Below, piece by piece: positions 18,274 to 28,271 of a stretch of DNA of 64,000 nt (its first letter is position 1; every line of letters starts with the position of its first letter). Both the position numbers and the translations under genes were made by a program. Under the pieces are notes generated by a model. It had not been told where the DNA came from. It made no database searches and saw only the letters and a list, made by a program, of their open reading frames with translations. The stretch is from Candidatus Binataceae bacterium (GTDB lineage: Bacteria > Desulfobacterota > Binatia > Binatales > Binataceae): NCBI GenBank assembly GCA_035524375.1, contig DATKOZ010000047.1, forward strand, positions 113,347 through 177,346. The letters run 5' to 3'.

Positions 18274-19478
18274 GACGGGAAATGCACGCCGGATATCATT
18301 TTTCTTTCGCAAAAGCATTTAGCCGCATTCTTTTAATCCTGATCGCGGCCGAAGCGCTTGGAACAATCACCGGATGCCACGGCGGTGATGCCACGACCGA
18401 GATTCCTCCTCCGATCGTGACTGTGGCCCACCCCGTCACCCGCTCAGTCAACGACTATTTGGAATTTACCGGCAATCTCGCTTCGATCAATTCCGTTACG
18501 CTGGTCGCCCGCGTTGAAGGTTTCCTCGAGCAGATTCATTTTCAGGATGGAGCGCGGGTAAAAAAAGGCGACCTGCTATTCACGATTCAGCAAGATCAGT
18601 ACATAGCGCAGCTACAACAGGCGAAGGCCCAGGTTGAGGCTCAGAAGGCCGCACTTTGGCACGCGAAGACGGAGTTCGAGCGCTACACGAGACTGCTGAA
18701 GAAGGATGCGGCATCGCAGGTCGACGTTGACCACTGGCACTTTGAGCGGGACAGCTCCGCAGCCGCGCTAATTTCAGCGCAGGCACAGGTCGAAATTGCC
18801 AAACTCAACCTCGACTATACGGAGGTAAGGGCGCCCTTCGACGGCAGGATGGGGCGCCATCTGGTTGACCCGGGCAATTTGGTCGGAGCAATGGGGCAAC
18901 AGACGAAACTGGCCGAAATTGAACAACTCGACCCAATATACGCGTACGTTACGATCAATGAGCGCGAACTCCTGCGCATCATGAAACGAAGGAAGGACCA
19001 GGCGCGAGAAAAAGCTATCGAAGGGACAATTCCGGTGTTTTACGGCCTTGCGAGCGAAGATGGATTTCCACATGAGGGTCGTCTCGACTTCGCATCGCTG
19101 AACGTTACACCGACCACCGGAACTCTGCAGTTGCGCGCCATCTTTCCCAATCACGATCTGATCGTGATGCCGGGTCTTTTCGTGCGCGTGCGCATCCCCG
19201 TCCCGGAAGCTCGCGACGCCTTGCTCGTGCCAGGCGACGCAATCAGCTTCGATCAACAGGGCGAATACGTATTGGTCGCGAATGACAAAAATATCGTGGA
19301 GCGGCGCAGCGTCAAGACCGGGTTTCAAGTCGGAGATATGATGGTCGTCGACCAAGGGCTTAAGCCAGGCGACCGCGTGATCGTGGAAGGTCTGTTGCAG
19401 GCAATCATTGGCCGCCAAGTCAACCCACAGGCAAAAGACTCCGTTTCCCCCGACAAGACGCAAACCGCGGGCGGGTGA
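18267..19478 (+). CDS. RND efflux periplasmic adaptor (membrane-fusion protein, HlyD/AcrA family)
   Basis: ATG overlaps the OMF stop (ATGGTGA). Lipobox ITGC. Biotinyl-lipoyl hairpin (VEGFLEQIHFQDGARVKKGDLLFTIQ), coiled coil, beta-barrel and MP domains. Confidence 0.85.
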   Translation: MVRREMHAGYHFSFAKAFSRILLILIAAEALGTITGCHGGDATTEIPPPIVTVAHPVTRSVNDYLEFTGNLASINSVTLVARVEGFLEQIHFQDGARVKKGDLLFTIQQDQYIAQLQQAKAQVEAQKAALWHAKTEFERYTRLLKKDAASQVDVDHWHFERDSSAAALISAQAQVEIAKLNLDYTEVRAPFDGRMGRHLVDPGNLVGAMGQQTKLAEIEQLDPIYAYVTINERELLRIMKRRKDQAREKAIEGTIPVFYGLASEDGFPHEGRLDFASLNVTPTTGTLQLRAIFPNHDLIVMPGLFVRVRIPVPEARDALLVPGDAISFDQQGEYVLVANDKNIVERRSVKTGFQVGDMMVVDQGLKPGDRVIVEGLLQAIIGRQVNPQAKDSVSPDKTQTAGG

Positions 19479-19505
19479 AGCTGCTGGACCGGGAGAACGA
19501 CTAAC

Positions 19506-22500
19506 GTGTCTCGATTTTTCATCGAACGCCCGATCCTGTCGAATGTAATCGCGATAATCATCGTATTGCTCGGGCTGGTTTGCCTGCTGAACCTGCCTGT
19601 GGCGCAGTATCCTGAAATCGTCCCGCCAACGATACAGGTCCGGACAAACTATCCGGGCGCAAGTGCGGAGATCGTTGCTACGACCGTTGGCATACCGATC
19701 GAACAGGGAGTCAACGGTGTCGAGAACTCCCTCTATATGCAATCGACCAGCGGTAGCGACGGCACCTACACGCTCACCGTGACGTTTAGTGTTGGGACGG
19801 ACCTCGATGCCGCGATTGCACTGGTACAAAACGCCGTCAACGGCGCATTGTCCCAGTTGCCGGACGCGGTCCAAACTCAGGGCGTAACGGTCCAGAAGGT
19901 CAGCACCAATATCCTGCTCATTGGCAGCCTATATTCTGACCACAACCAATTCGACGAAACCTTCCTCAGCAACTATGCGATCATCAATCTGCAGAATCCG
20001 ATCGCCCGCTTGCCGGGAGTCGGACAAGTGCAGGTACTCGGCGCCGGACCGTACAGCATGCGCATTTGGCTCGACCCGATAAAGCTGAAAGCGTTCGGGC
20101 TGACGGTGCTCGACGTTCAACAGGCAATTCAGAATCAGAATGTTCAGGTGGCCGCGGGCCAGCTTGGAGGACCGCCAGTCGCGTCCGATCAGGTATTTCA
20201 GTTGACAGTGAATACGCTTGGACGCCTGACTGACGTATCGCAGTTCGAAAATATTATCCTGAAATCTCAGCCCCCCACCGATCGCACCAGCCAGGACACT
20301 CAGTCGGAAACCTACGCTCAAGCCGCCGCAATTGTCCGGATCAAAGATGTCGCCCGGGTTCAACTCAGCCAGGAGACATTTTCAAATTTTTCCGGCTTAA
20401 GCGGCCGGAAGGCCGCGCAACTCAATGTGTATACGCTGCCGGGTGCAAATGCCTTGAAGGTGTCGCAGGAGGTCTCGGAGCTGATGGCCAAGATGAGCCA
20501 AAAGTTCCCCGTCGGACTCAAATACGCCTCCCTTCTCGACACCTCCTTGTTTATTCGAGATTCGATCCACGGCGTGTATTCCGCGCTGATCGAGGCCGGA
20601 ATTCTGGTGTTGATAGTAATAATGTTGTTCCTGCAGAATTTTCGAGCAACGCTGGTTCCGGCGACTACCGTTCCCGTTACAATCATCGGCGCTTTCGCCG
20701 CGATGGCCCTGCTTGGCTTTACGGTCAATCTGATGACGCTCTTTGCCTTGATTCTGGCGATAGGGATCGTCGTGGATGACGCAATCGTCATTGTCGAAAA
20801 CGCCTCGCGCTACATCGAGAACGGCCTCTCTCCAAAGGATGCCGCCATCAAGGCGATGGAGGAGCTGACCGGGCCGATCCTCGGTATCACATTGGTGCTG
20901 ATATCGGTGTTTCTTCCGGCGTCGTTCCTTCCCGGCATTACCGGTCAGATGTTTCGGCAGTTCGCGCTCGTGATTGCGTCAACCGCGCTGATTAGTGCCC
21001 TAAATGCGCTCACTCTCAAGCCGACGCAATGCGCACTTTACTTGAAACCGCGTCCGAAGGACCAGCCAGTCAACCGGTTTTACCAAGAGTTCAACCGAAT
21101 TTACGGCATTATTGAGGATCGCTACGTCAGCTTGGTTGATTGGATGGCGCATCGACCCGGGCGGATGGTCGGGGTCTTCTTTTCAATCGTTGCTGTAGCT
21201 GGGCTCATGTTTGCATTACACCCGACCTCATTTCTTCCGCTGGAGGATCAAGGTTATTGCATTGTGTCCGCCAGGCTGCCTCCCGGCGCCGCGCAGCCGC
21301 GCGTGCAGGAAGTAGCAAGCGCCATCGACTCGGTACTTAAGGAAACTCCCGGAATCAAAGGTTGGGTGACCAGTGGCGGCGTTTCGGCGCTCGATTCGGC
21401 AAATTTATCCAACGCTGTGACTGTCTATGCCATGTACGAGGATTGGGGCAACCGCCAGGCCGGTCTTGATCAGGACCATATCGTTGCCGACCTTCGCCGG
21501 CGGTTGCAGTCAATCCGAAAGGCTGAATTCGACGTGCTTATTCCGCCGCCGATTCCGGGACTTGGCCAGGCTGGCGGATTCCAGATGATGATTGAGGATC
21601 GGACCGGAGTCGGCCTGGGCGAACTGCAGAAGGGAGTTGAGGAACTGATCCGAAAGGTCCGCGGAAACCCCGGCTTGCGTGGCGTTGCAACCACCTTTAG
21701 TGCAAATAGCCCTCAGCTTGAGCTGGACATCAATCGAACAATGGTCGAATCGCTCGGGGTAACGATTAACGATGTATTTCAGACCGTGCAGACCTATCTT
21801 GGATCTAGCTACATCAACCTTTTCAATAAATTCAATCAGAGTTTTCAGGTGCGCGTGCAGGCCGATGCCGATTATCGCAAGCAACTGGCAGACATCGGAA
21901 ATCTCTATGTCGCGAATCGGACCGGTCAGATGGTACCGCTGGGCGCCGTCCTGAGCATTCATCGAGTGCTCGGCTCGGAGCTTTTGACTCGATACAACAT
22001 GTATCCGGCCGCGATTGTAGTCGGTAATCCCGCTCCGGGTTACAGTTCGGGGCAAGCGCTCGAAACAATGGAGCGCGCCGCCAATACCGATTTACCGCTG
22101 GGAATGGGTTTCGATTGGACGGGACTGTCCTACCAGCAAAAGCTGATCGGAAATCAATCCTATTTCATATTCGCGCTTTCGATAACTTTGGTTTTCCTGG
22201 TCCTTGCAGCGCAATACGAGAGCTGGACGGCGCCTGCCGCGGTGGTGCTGACGGTGCCGATGGCGCTGGTCGGTGTCATTATCGCGCTCATCCTTCGCGG
22301 ATTTGCCACCGACCTTTATACGCAAATCGGACTGGTATTAATGATTGCGATGGCTGCAAAGAACGCGATCCTGGTGGTTGAATTTGCACGCGAGTTGCAA
22401 GCGGAAGGCATGACCGCGACTGAAGCGGCGGTCGAGGCGACGCGCCGGAGATTTCGCCCGATCGTGATGACGTCGATCGCATTCATTTTGGGCGTGGTTC

Positions 22501-22712
22501 CGCTGTTGACCGCAACCGGCGCAGGAGCGGCCAGTCAGCAGGCGCTGGGCACGGTAGTTTTCGGCGGCATGCTCGCCACGACGCTTATCGCCATTCCGTT
22601 TGTCCCCGTGTTCTATATCGTCATGGAAGGTTTCTCCGAGCGGCGAATGCGGCGAACTGGACGAACCCCGGCGCACGGCGAAGCCGTAGCAGTGAAAACG
22701 GACGGGGGATGA
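19506..22712 (+). CDS. RND efflux permease (HAE1/AcrB-MdtB type), copy 1
   Basis: 1068 aa and 12 TM. N-terminus MSRFFIERPILSNVIAIIIVLLG, plus conserved TM4 region (ALILAIGIVVDDAIVIVEN) and TM10 region. Confidence 0.95.
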   Translation: MSRFFIERPILSNVIAIIIVLLGLVCLLNLPVAQYPEIVPPTIQVRTNYPGASAEIVATTVGIPIEQGVNGVENSLYMQSTSGSDGTYTLTVTFSVGTDLDAAIALVQNAVNGALSQLPDAVQTQGVTVQKVSTNILLIGSLYSDHNQFDETFLSNYAIINLQNPIARLPGVGQVQVLGAGPYSMRIWLDPIKLKAFGLTVLDVQQAIQNQNVQVAAGQLGGPPVASDQVFQLTVNTLGRLTDVSQFENIILKSQPPTDRTSQDTQSETYAQAAAIVRIKDVARVQLSQETFSNFSGLSGRKAAQLNVYTLPGANALKVSQEVSELMAKMSQKFPVGLKYASLLDTSLFIRDSIHGVYSALIEAGILVLIVIMLFLQNFRATLVPATTVPVTIIGAFAAMALLGFTVNLMTLFALILAIGIVVDDAIVIVENASRYIENGLSPKDAAIKAMEELTGPILGITLVLISVFLPASFLPGITGQMFRQFALVIASTALISALNALTLKPTQCALYLKPRPKDQPVNRFYQEFNRIYGIIEDRYVSLVDWMAHRPGRMVGVFFSIVAVAGLMFALHPTSFLPLEDQGYCIVSARLPPGAAQPRVQEVASAIDSVLKETPGIKGWVTSGGVSALDSANLSNAVTVYAMYEDWGNRQAGLDQDHIVADLRRRLQSIRKAEFDVLIPPPIPGLGQAGGFQMMIEDRTGVGLGELQKGVEELIRKVRGNPGLRGVATTFSANSPQLELDINRTMVESLGVTINDVFQTVQTYLGSSYINLFNKFNQSFQVRVQADADYRKQLADIGNLYVANRTGQMVPLGAVLSIHRVLGSELLTRYNMYPAAIVVGNPAPGYSSGQALETMERAANTDLPLGMGFDWTGLSYQQKLIGNQSYFIFALSITLVFLVLAAQYESWTAPAAVVLTVPMALVGVIIALILRGFATDLYTQIGLVLMIAMAAKNAILVVEFARELQAEGMTATEAAVEATRRRFRPIVMTSIAFILGVVPLLTATGAGAASQQALGTVVFGGMLATTLIAIPFVPVFYIVMEGFSERRMRRTGRTPAHGEAVAVKTDGG

Positions 22713-22728
22713 TCGGACCGGTTCCCAC

Positions 22729-25700
22729 ATGTCGAAATTCTTCATTGAGCATCCGATCTTTGCCAACGTCATAGCGATAATTACAGTCCTACTTGGCGCG
22801 GTATGCCTCTATAGTCTTCCGGTCGCTCAATATCCTCAAATCGTCCCGCCGACAATTCAGGTAAGCACCAATTATCCGGGCGCGAGCGCCGAAGTGGTAG
22901 CTAATACTGTCGGAATACCAATCGAGCAGGCGGTCAACGGAGTCGAGAATTCCATTTATATGCTGTCCACCAGCGGCAGCGACGGCAGCTACACGCTAAC
23001 CATTACGTTTCAGATTGGCACCGACCTCACTACGTCGCTTGCTCTGGTACAGAACGCCGCCAACGCTGCGTTGCCGCAACTGCCAACCCAAGTGCGAAAA
23101 CAAGGAGTGAATGTCCGAAAGGTCAGTACCAATATTCTGCTAATTGAGAGCCTATACTCCGACGACAATCGCTTCGACGAAACCTTCCTCAGCAATTATG
23201 CGATCATCAATCTGCAGAATCCTATCGCCCGTCTGCCGGGGGTCGGACAGGTAAACGTTCTTGGAGCGGGCCCGTATGCGATGCGCGTGTGGCTCGCTCC
23301 CGACAAGCTCAAGGCTTACGGAATCACTGTCAACGAAGTTCAAAGGGCAATTGAATCCCAAAACGTCCAGGTGGCGGCGGGTCAAATTGGCGGTCCACCA
23401 ACCCCCTCGGATCAAATCTATCAATTCACCGTAAATACCGTGGGGCGGCTGTCGGATGTTAGCCAGTTCGAGAATATCATAATCAAGAGCGCGCCACCGG
23501 CGCCCGAAGGGAACCAATCGCACCCAAACGGCCCAGCCGCTGCGCTGGTACGCATCAAGGATGTTGGCAGTGTTCAACTGAGCCAGCAGGTTTACAGCAT
23601 TTTTTCCGGATTGAGCGGCAGGCCAACGTCGCATCTCGCGATTTATGCGCTGCCGGGCGCCAACGCGCTTCAGGTTGCACAGGAAACCCGCCAGCTGATG
23701 GAACAGATGGCGAAAACGTTCCCCCAAGGGCTCAAGTATGAGTCCTTGTACGACACAACCAAGTTTATCAACCAATCAATCAACGGCGTGTATTCGGCTC
23801 TGATCGAGGCTGGCGTATTAGTGCTAATCGTCATCGTTCTGTTTCTGCAAAATTTCCGCGCTACTTTGGTACCGGCAACCACCGTACCGGTTACGATTAT
23901 CGGCGCGTTTGCCGCGATGGCGATGCTGGGTTTTACCGTCAACCTGATGACATTGTTTGCGCTGATTCTGGCGATCGGAATCGTCGTCGACGATGCGATC
24001 GTGATTGTAGAGAGTGCGTCCCATTACATTGAGACAGGTCTGTCGCCCAAGGACGCCGCAATCAAGGCGATGGAGGAGCTGACCGGACCGGTTTTGGGCA
24101 TTACGCTGGTGCTCACGGCAGTTTTTTTGCCGGCGTCATTCCTGCCCGGCATTACCGGCCAAATGTTCCGGCAATTCGCACTGGTGATCGCCGCGACGGC
24201 GATAATCAGCGCACTTAATGCTTTGACACTCAAGCCAACGCAATGCGCACTTTACCTTAAGGCCATTCCAAAAGATCGACAGGTGAATTGGTTTTTTCGG
24301 GGATTTAATCGCGGATATAAGGCGATCGAGGATCGGTACATCAGCTTGATCGAGCGAATGGTGCATCATCCCAAGGCGATGGTTTGCGCGTTCGTGGTAA
24401 TCGTTGGTTCGGCAGGGTGGTTCTTTTCAGTTTATCCAACGACTTTGATGCCGCTAGAGGATCAGGATTATTGCATTGTGTCTGCGGAGCTTCCGCCGGG
24501 AGCGTCGCAGCCTCGGGCGCGCGCGGTAGCAGCCAATATCGACAAGGTGCTGAAGGGAATTCCGGGTGTGAAGGGGTGGGTCACTATCGGCGGGTATTCC
24601 GCGATCGACTCTGCGAAGTTGTCAAACGTCATCACAACCTTCGTGGTTTTCGACGATTGGGACAAGCGTCCGCCGGGGTTCACGCAGCTTGGTTTGATTA
24701 TGGAGCTCTATCAAAAGTTTCGTTATGTACCCGAAGCGAAATTTGCGGTGCTTCCTCCTTCGCCAATTCCCGGCCTGGGAGTTGCATTCGGATTCCAGAT
24801 GATGGTGGAAGACAGGGCGAATTCAGGGCTTCAGGAACTGGAAAAAGTGGAGCTCGGAATTTTGCGTGAAGCCTACAATCGGCCCGGCTTCTTGCGGCTC
24901 AGCTTCTCGACATTCAGCGCCAGCAGCCCGCAGGTCTTTCTTGATATCGATCGCACAATGGCAAAATCGCTTGGGGTGACAATCAACGATGTCTTCAAAG
25001 CGCTGCAAACATATTTGGGATCGAGCTACGTCAACCTGTTCAACAAATATAACCAGAGCTTTCAGGTTCGGCTTCAAGCCCAAGCCGACTATCGCCGCCA
25101 GACAGCCGACATCGCAACCCTGTACGTCACCAATCAATTCGGGCAGATGGTGCCGCTCGGTTCCATCCTTCATGAGCGCCGAACGCTCGGATCGGAACTG
25201 GTAACCAGGTACAACCTTTATCCCGCTGCGATGATTATCGGCATTCCGAATTTTAGGTACAGCACTGGACAAGCGATCCGCATCATGAAGCAGATTGGCG
25301 CGAACACCATGCCGCCGGGCATGGATTACGAATGGACTGGGCTTTCATATCAGGAACAGCTAATCGGTAATCAGGGAATTTTGATCTTCGCCCTGTCCAT
25401 TACATTGGTCTTCCTGGTGCTTGCCGCGCAATATGAGAGTTGGACAGATCCGGCGGCGGTCGTCCTGACGGTACCGATGGCATTGGTTGGCGTCATTCTG
25501 GCATTGTTCCTCCGGCGATTCCCGGTGAGTCTATACACTCAGATCGGGCTAGTATTGATGATCGCACTCGCTGGGAAAAATGCGATCCTAATCGTCGAAT
25601 TCGCGCGTGAACTCAAAGCGCAAGGCATGAGCGCGACCGAGGCAGCGTTGGAAGCGACGCGAAGGCGCTTCCGTCCGATCGTGATGACGTCAATTGCCTT

Positions 25701-25881
25701 TATTCTGAGCGTCGTACCGCTTGCAACCGCCGATGGTGCCGGCGCGGCGAGCCAACAAGCGATCGGCACGGTAGTACTGGGTGGAATGCTTGCGTCGTCC
25801 CTGCTGGCGATACCGTTCGTACCGGTATTTTATATTGTGATGCAGAATGTCAAGAACGCCTCAACCCGCGGACGTCGATGA
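22729..25881 (+). CDS. RND efflux permease (HAE1 type), copy 2, tandem paralog of copy 1
   Basis: 1050 aa, colinear with copy 1 and with long identical or near-identical stretches (e.g. FDETFLSNYAIINLQNPIARLPGVGQV, ALILAIGIVVDDAIVIV). Separated from copy 1 by 16 nt. Confidence 0.95.
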   Translation: MSKFFIEHPIFANVIAIITVLLGAVCLYSLPVAQYPQIVPPTIQVSTNYPGASAEVVANTVGIPIEQAVNGVENSIYMLSTSGSDGSYTLTITFQIGTDLTTSLALVQNAANAALPQLPTQVRKQGVNVRKVSTNILLIESLYSDDNRFDETFLSNYAIINLQNPIARLPGVGQVNVLGAGPYAMRVWLAPDKLKAYGITVNEVQRAIESQNVQVAAGQIGGPPTPSDQIYQFTVNTVGRLSDVSQFENIIIKSAPPAPEGNQSHPNGPAAALVRIKDVGSVQLSQQVYSIFSGLSGRPTSHLAIYALPGANALQVAQETRQLMEQMAKTFPQGLKYESLYDTTKFINQSINGVYSALIEAGVLVLIVIVLFLQNFRATLVPATTVPVTIIGAFAAMAMLGFTVNLMTLFALILAIGIVVDDAIVIVESASHYIETGLSPKDAAIKAMEELTGPVLGITLVLTAVFLPASFLPGITGQMFRQFALVIAATAIISALNALTLKPTQCALYLKAIPKDRQVNWFFRGFNRGYKAIEDRYISLIERMVHHPKAMVCAFVVIVGSAGWFFSVYPTTLMPLEDQDYCIVSAELPPGASQPRARAVAANIDKVLKGIPGVKGWVTIGGYSAIDSAKLSNVITTFVVFDDWDKRPPGFTQLGLIMELYQKFRYVPEAKFAVLPPSPIPGLGVAFGFQMMVEDRANSGLQELEKVELGILREAYNRPGFLRLSFSTFSASSPQVFLDIDRTMAKSLGVTINDVFKALQTYLGSSYVNLFNKYNQSFQVRLQAQADYRRQTADIATLYVTNQFGQMVPLGSILHERRTLGSELVTRYNLYPAAMIIGIPNFRYSTGQAIRIMKQIGANTMPPGMDYEWTGLSYQEQLIGNQGILIFALSITLVFLVLAAQYESWTDPAAVVLTVPMALVGVILALFLRRFPVSLYTQIGLVLMIALAGKNAILIVEFARELKAQGMSATEAALEATRRRFRPIVMTSIAFILSVVPLATADGAGAASQQAIGTVVLGGMLASSLLAIPFVPVFYIVMQNVKNASTRGRR

Positions 25882-26403
25882 TACACCAACCGTGCCCCTT
25901 GTAGCATCTCAAACTCGATCCACGCGGGGCAATACGCAACTGGCCCGTTCACATTATCGAAAAACCACGACGTTTGTATCTTGGTTGGCCCGTAGCGCTT
26001 GGCGAGGCGTCAGACCCCGCTGATCGCCGCGGAATTTCCGCTCGACTCTGACATTCGATCGATATCCGCGTGTGCGCGCGTCTGATATCGCTGACGGGCT
26101 CACAAAACTTCTCCGGTTGCCCAAGTTCGCGATTTCGCCAAGACCTATCCCGGCGCGAATTGGCGTGGTCCCTCTCCAATCCGTCTCAAGCGCGAAAGTC
26201 TTCTCCAGTGGTAAGTCTGAGAAATTTGTCTGCCAATATTGAGGCAGCGGTGACCTTGCGCGGTTGTTTAAGAAGCCACGCGATGCCCGATGCCACGGTT
26301 GCTTCAAGAAGCGTTGCGGCTCTGAGGCGGACGTAAAGACCGGGAGTTATTGAGAAAGAATCTCATTATCAAAAACGAGATTTCATGCTAGAGTTGTGGA
26401 CCT

Positions 26404-27966
26404 ATGGAAAGGCAGAGAGATTCAGCCGATTTGTGTCGCGCAGGATTGCGCATCGCTAAGACCGCAGTCTTGATCGCAATCGCGTTTATGATGATGGCAG
26501 TTGCCAACCTGGGTGAACTACGAGCACAGTTGGCTGCGGCGCCGTGGCCGATGTTCCTTCACGATCTCGAGCATACGGGCCTTAGTCCTGACACTACCAG
26601 CACCAATACAGGCACTCTAGAATGGAAGTTCGCTACCGGCGATAAGGTGTTCTCCTCGCCTGCAATCGGCGCGGACGGCACTATCTATGTCGGCTCCAAT
26701 GATGGAAATCTCTACGCGATCGCCTCCGGCGGCTCGCAGAAGTGGAAGTTTACGACCGGCAATTTCGTGGAGTCTTCGCCGGCGATCGGGTCTGATGGCA
26801 CGATCTATGTAGGGTCGGAGGACTTCAATCTGTACGCGATCAATCCTGATGGCAGTCAGAAGTGGAAGTTTTTAACCGGCAGTTTGATCCTTAACTCCTC
26901 GCCGGCGATCGGCGCCGACGGAACCGTATACGTTGGCTCGCTTGATTCCAATGTGTACGCAGTCAATCCGGACGGCTCGCAGAAATGGAAATTTGTGACT
27001 CGCGGTCCAGTCACCTCATCGCCGGCAATCGGCGCGGACGGGACGATCTACGTTGGCTCCATCGACCAATATCTGTATGCGATCAATTCCGACGGCTCGC
27101 AGAAGTGGAAATTCCGTACCGGCGCCAGCGTGGATGCCGCGCCGGCAATCGACGCCGACGGAACCATCTACGTTGGATCGGACGATCGCCATCTTTACGC
27201 TCTCAATCCCGACGGCACGGAAAAGTGGGTGTTTGCGGTCGCCTTGGACGGACCATCGTCGCCGGCGATCGGCGGCGATGGCGCCATCTACATTGCCTCG
27301 GCTGATATGAATCTTTACGCGATCAATTCCGACGGGACGCAAAGATGGAAGTTCGCAACCAACGGGTTGGTTAACTCATCACCGGCAATAAGTGCCGACG
27401 GCACGATCTATATTGGCTCAAATGACGCCAATCTTTACGCAATCAACCACGATGGGACACTGAAGTGGATTTTTCCAACCAACGGTGACGTGCAAACTGA
27501 GTCCGCGATCGGGTCCGACGGTACCGTCTATTTCGGATCTTGGGATGGCGATGTTTATGCTGTTGGAGCCGGCGCAGGTCCTCCTCCAACTCGAACCGCG
27601 ACACCGACCGCCACTGTTACGCCTGTCCCGGTGACACTTAAAATCAGCCCGACTACGATTAAGTTTCCGGCCGCAATGGTCAATGCGCCCAGCAAACCAA
27701 AAACCGTCAAAGTCTCCAATCCCAAGGGCAGCAAGAAGAAACCAGGGGCCACAGTGCTGATCGAGATTTCTTCGAGTAATCCGGCGGTATTCGGCGAGAC
27801 CAACACCTGTGCGCCAAGTTTGCCTTCCGGAGATGATTGTACGATTTCAGTGACGTTCACTCCGAACTCGGCGATCTCACAGACCGGATCGCTGACAATT
27901 ACCGACAATGCGAACGGGAGTCCGCAGGAAGTAAGACTGAGCGGTACGGGAAAGGTTTCAAAATAG
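26404..27966 (+). CDS. Secreted PQQ-like 8-bladed beta-propeller protein with Pro/Thr linker and C-terminal Ig-like (choice-of-anchor-D-like) module
   Basis: Eight repeats of about 40 aa (SSPAIGADGTIYVGS.D.NLYAIN.DGSQKWKF.TG). Linker PPPTRTATPTATVTPVP. C-terminal VTLKISP..KFP...SKPK.VKVSNPKGSKKKPG...CTISVTFTP....G.LTITDNANGSPQ.V.LSGTGK. Confidence 0.75.
   Translation: MERQRDSADLCRAGLRIAKTAVLIAIAFMMMAVANLGELRAQLAAAPWPMFLHDLEHTGLSPDTTSTNTGTLEWKFATGDKVFSSPAIGADGTIYVGSNDGNLYAIASGGSQKWKFTTGNFVESSPAIGSDGTIYVGSEDFNLYAINPDGSQKWKFLTGSLILNSSPAIGADGTVYVGSLDSNVYAVNPDGSQKWKFVTRGPVTSSPAIGADGTIYVGSIDQYLYAINSDGSQKWKFRTGASVDAAPAIDADGTIYVGSDDRHLYALNPDGTEKWVFAVALDGPSSPAIGGDGAIYIASADMNLYAINSDGTQRWKFATNGLVNSSPAISADGTIYIGSNDANLYAINHDGTLKWIFPTNGDVQTESAIGSDGTVYFGSWDGDVYAVGAGAGPPPTRTATPTATVTPVPVTLKISPTTIKFPAAMVNAPSKPKTVKVSNPKGSKKKPGATVLIEISSSNPAVFGETNTCAPSLPSGDDCTISVTFTPNSAISQTGSLTITDNANGSPQEVRLSGTGKVSK
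26600..27550. repeat. Tandem approximately 120-nt DNA repeats encoding the propeller blades
   Basis: Recurring strings such as ggctcgcagaagtggaagtt, tcgccggcgatcgg and atctacgttggctc. These generate many spurious alternative-frame ORFs in the track. Confidence 0.6.
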
Positions 27967-28271
27967 GACCAGCGCAGCGACCTTCCCGGCTAGGTCACTC
28001 AATTCTCGCTCCTCTATAAGGGCTTGAAATGCACGCGTGTGCTTGCGATTTGCGATCGCGCAATGACCCCGAAGATTTGCCCAATGGCGCGAATCGCAAG
28101 AAATCGGCGAACTTGATCGAAGTGCGGATTGACTGCGTACATCCGCGAGCCGGTCGATAATCCGCCTGGATCCGGCAATAAACTGACCGAAGCAGGCGCA
28201 TTTTCAGTCGCGTCCAAACGTAAGCTGGGCGCGGACGGATGCGTAGCACCTTCTCCGCCCCAGCGGTGCCG

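Noticed and set aside
26985-27342. Several 85-108-aa ORFs in alternative frames or on the minus strand within the PQQ-propeller gene
   Set aside because: These are artefacts of the tandem approximately 120-nt DNA repeats. The plus-strand propeller reading frame is continuous and repeat-consistent.
28040-28060. 14-bp perfect palindrome TTGCGATCGCGCAA in the convergent intergenic gap
   Set aside because: It is short and lies between two convergent stop codons. It is most likely part of a bidirectional terminator region rather than an operator, and is not reported as a feature.
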